A stretch of 61,999 nt of DNA, counting the filler, from a bacterium (lineage in GTDB: Bacteria; UBP15; UBA6099; JAJRTR01): NCBI GenBank assembly GCA_024278215.1. It is 5 parts of 5 records of this genome, joined end to end, with 100 filler letters (N's around TTAATTAATTAA, not from the genome) between each part and the next. Parts side by side here need not be neighbours in the genome. Positions count along the whole stretch, not along the records: positions 55,369 to 61,999 come from JAJRTR010000168.1; 4 more parts are not named here. One strand, 5' to 3'. Of this stretch, positions 60,301 to 61,999 are shown piece by piece. A program made the translations under genes and the position numbers. Positions within the stretch are counted from its first letter, which is position 1. Each line of letters opens with the position of its first letter. A model generated the notes under the pieces. The model made no database searches. It worked only from the letters and a program-made list of their open reading frames with translations, and was not told the DNA's origin.

Positions 60301-61999
60301 CGACCTCGACAAATGTATGGACACTGGCCGCTACAGCGTCATATTACGAGGCGAACACGGCTACCGAGGTCAATACCGATATACCGACATTCGACAACCA
60401 GATCGGCAACGGATCGTTCTACTTTAAAGCGTTGCTGCATGCGCCGACGGTCGCGGACGACATAGCGCTCGACCAGGTGGACATAGACTACGATGTGCCG
60501 GCGGCCGCGCCGGATATATTCGGAATAACGGCCAACCCGGACGTGCTTTTAGCGACAGTGACGATCAGCGGCGGAGACTTCGGGGTGGTGCAGGGCGCGT
60601 CGCGAGTGTTCTTCAACGGCTGCGAGGCGACATCGCTTGTGAGCGCGTGGTCGGACAACTCGATAGAAGTCAAAGTGCCCACCTGCGCGAGCAACGGGCC
60701 GGTAACGGTCATTGTCGGCCCTTATGTGTCCAACGAATGGCCCTTCACGATAAAGACGCCGACTATTTCTTATCTCCAGCCGCCCCGCGGCGATTTCTTT
60801 CAGGTTATAAATATATACGGCTCCGACTTCGGTTACGTGCAGGGCAACTCCTATGTGCAGTTCGCGCCCGGCGTGTTCTCGCAGATAGTTTCCTGGGACG
60901 ACACACTGATAAAATGTCTCGTGCCGTCGGGCGCGGTTACAGGCAATGTGGTAGTGGTGACACCCGGCGGAACGTCGAACACCGTGCCGTTTACGATCAC
61001 GCCCGACCAGTCCCGCTGGCCGTTCTCGACACCGACAAATTACATATACGGCGCACTGATAACGGACACTGGAAACTTCGCCGAAACAGTGCCTGTGAAC
61101 TCTCCATCGTGGCTCAGCCGCAGTTGGCTGTACCGCCGGAAGATCGACTACAACAACAACGCGGGCAAACCGACGAACTTCCAGGTGAGGCTCGACCTGA
61201 ACGCGTCGAATTTCGGAGACGGATTCTCGAAGGCGCGTTCGGGCGGCGAAGACCTGCGGGTGACACGTGTCGACGGTACAACCGCGGTGGACTTCTGGGT
61301 GGAAAGTTGGGACGCGACCGCCCAGACAGCGCGGATATGGATCGAGGCGCCGGATGTGGCGACGGAAAACTCTGTGTACATCTACTATGGCAACAGCGCG
61401 GCGCCGTCTGTAAGCTCGTATCCCAACACACTTGATTTCGTGGGGCAGGCGGGAACCACAAGTAATATCACCAACAATTGGACGGATGTTGCCCTGTCGG
61501 CGAATTTCGCCGAGAACCCGGTCGTGGCGGGAACAATGGTCACTACTTACAGCGGAGACCGCGCGCATGTGCGGGCAAGAAACATCGACTATACAGCGCA
61601 GAACATGCAGCTCGCGATAGAGAACAGCGTGAACGCGGGCACGGCACACTCCAACGAGAATGTGAGCTGGCTCGCTCTGCGGCCCGGCTCGTGGTTCATC
61701 GGCAGCAGGCATGTCGAAGCGGGGACTACAGGCCCGGTGAACAGGGCCTGGACCGGCTGGATCAATTACGCTAACGCATTCGGCGCGCAACCCGCGATAC
61801 TGGCGTTGCAGCAGACAGCGGTAGTGTCCGGGTCTGCGACAACCAACTCGACCCAGATCAGGATAGACAACGACAGCGGCTCCGCGACAAGGTTCCAGAT
61901 GCGGCTCGAACGAGACGACGACGCGCAGCCGTCAAGCTTCGGCAGCGACGAAACTTCTGTCGGTTATATAGCCATCGAAACAGGCGACGCCGACAACTC
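57390..61999 (+). CDS. Very large surface protein with three DUF2341 domains, lectin-like repeats and IPT/TIG domains; runs off window end
   Basis: Hand translation: MGKDNRD...LLTALLLLYATAATVSRA signal; WQYRRKIVVDN, YDYRKKITIDN and WLYRRKIDYNN, each followed by DxRF-type motifs and IYYGN; TISGGDFG...GPVTV IPT; window end is in the same frame as the start. Confidence 0.85.
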   Translation, partial: MGKDNRDSTPGTLRKIRDIVRSRPVASLLTALLLLYATAATVSRAATKSWPFDDSAKYVYDSLNIDVAGSVADLVTQDWWNNAWQYRRKIVVDNTAGTAQTNFQVLVELDSSSFDFASAQVNGEDIRFINGTNDTVYDYWREDFDAASETAKLWVNIPTLPAAATMAMYIYYGNAAAPDGSDYTSVFYYVGEIGFSNQDPISGTWTAITYTNAFSATPVVVNTIQTAVDYPQPSDNTNTVGPITGTNCGGSDGLADGTAEPRVRNITTNGFEYRMYVKSLDCDNIHGTEKLAWMALLPGTHVIGDRVVRVFTTNIGGGTENYTTVSYGYTFSDNPVVLPQLQSNNETGPASIRLRNKSNSDIDVKIEEAGETAHAVESAGMVVWDQAGFDDIMGANLGPDLEGEVGSTNVGAVQHIFQSSTFQHTFTIPAAVLFKVQNDNGGNNIHERLRNITTTGFEQACSENFYAIPNSYDGNHYNDEGGSFIGISNKNGPVGYDYRKKITIDNTGGGALTDFNMQIDLTSANFSDGFANAKADGSDIMFTAADGYTMLGYYYNPANYDPVGETATFMVHLPSVPANGTLDIYIYYGNADAISYSDSTYSSLTKIIGEAGVTADAVLGSTNGWYSVTFANTYSSPPVVVASMNRDDGGDPSHTRIRNVTTTGFEVVVEESVDKDGAHTSEAVGWIAMVEGSYTIDGTRFDAWRQNNVDDNYDTVAYPGGNISPSPAVIATQETNNNTFKAGSSHTRIKNVGVASFDIAVELCDNSVGALNNETIMIIAAQRKDYDSGSGGAGSYSVISATRDSTYATINHPFAFSGAPAVVPQIMTENNGEASHIRVRNSGTTSFQWMIEEAYNLDQVHPNETLGNIAFAQGNITVTTPPPVPYPTASFAAQENVNNKIILYARKYQATTPSITIDNVEIYNRDPWITPIEVFTVSFDQVNSFTETLGAGTGNVRYQVSNDFTNWYYVATSTNVWTLAATASYYEANTATEVNTDIPTFDNQIGNGSFYFKALLHAPTVADDIALDQVDIDYDVPAAAPDIFGITANPDVLLATVTISGGDFGVVQGASRVFFNGCEATSLVSAWSDNSIEVKVPTCASNGPVTVIVGPYVSNEWPFTIKTPTISYLQPPRGDFFQVINIYGSDFGYVQGNSYVQFAPGVFSQIVSWDDTLIKCLVPSGAVTGNVVVVTPGGTSNTVPFTITPDQSRWPFSTPTNYIYGALITDTGNFAETVPVNSPSWLSRSWLYRRKIDYNNNAGKPTNFQVRLDLNASNFGDGFSKARSGGEDLRVTRVDGTTAVDFWVESWDATAQTARIWIEAPDVATENSVYIYYGNSAAPSVSSYPNTLDFVGQAGTTSNITNNWTDVALSANFAENPVVAGTMVTTYSGDRAHVRARNIDYTAQNMQLAIENSVNAGTAHSNENVSWLALRPGSWFIGSRHVEAGTTGPVNRAWTGWINYANAFGAQPAILALQQTAVVSGSATTNSTQIRIDNDSGSATRFQMRLERDDDAQPSSFGSDETSVGYIAIETGDADN

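Overview
About 62 kb of a bacterial draft or metagenome-assembled genome. It is five contigs joined by artificial 100-nt linkers (N44-TTAATTAATTAA-N44 at 12453, 25829, 43899 and 55269), so adjacency across those linkers means nothing. Housekeeping content: tRNA-Cys and tRNA-Val, infC-rpmI-rplT, tatA, amtB-glnK, pgi, yraN, the TIGR03960/TIGR03936 radical SAM pair, asnB, transporters and response regulators. Best candidate for an undescribed system: a polyamine module (4124-7813) in which MTA phosphorylase and an atypical SpeD-family decarboxylase flank a branched-chain polyamine synthase (BpsA) fused to a DUF2156/MprF-C-like, putatively aminoacyl-tRNA-dependent transferase domain. Other notable items: (i) seven co-oriented copies of a ~179-bp MITE, with both filled and empty target alleles in the window showing a 4-bp duplication; (ii) eight copies of a 23-bp REP-like palindrome; (iii) a repeat-punctuated accessory island (31.1-38.5 kb) with a pentaheme cytochrome/VPS10-type lipoprotein pair, hicBA with a read-through toxin, and an IS110 remnant retaining structured non-coding ends; (iv) an SDR/tocopherol-cyclase-like/BKACE/acyl-CoA dehydrogenase cluster; (v) a 1248-aa SprA-repeat-like outer-membrane protein; (vi) a >1536-aa DUF2341/IPT surface protein missing from the ORF track. 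All family assignments are from motif recognition by eye; no database searches were run.
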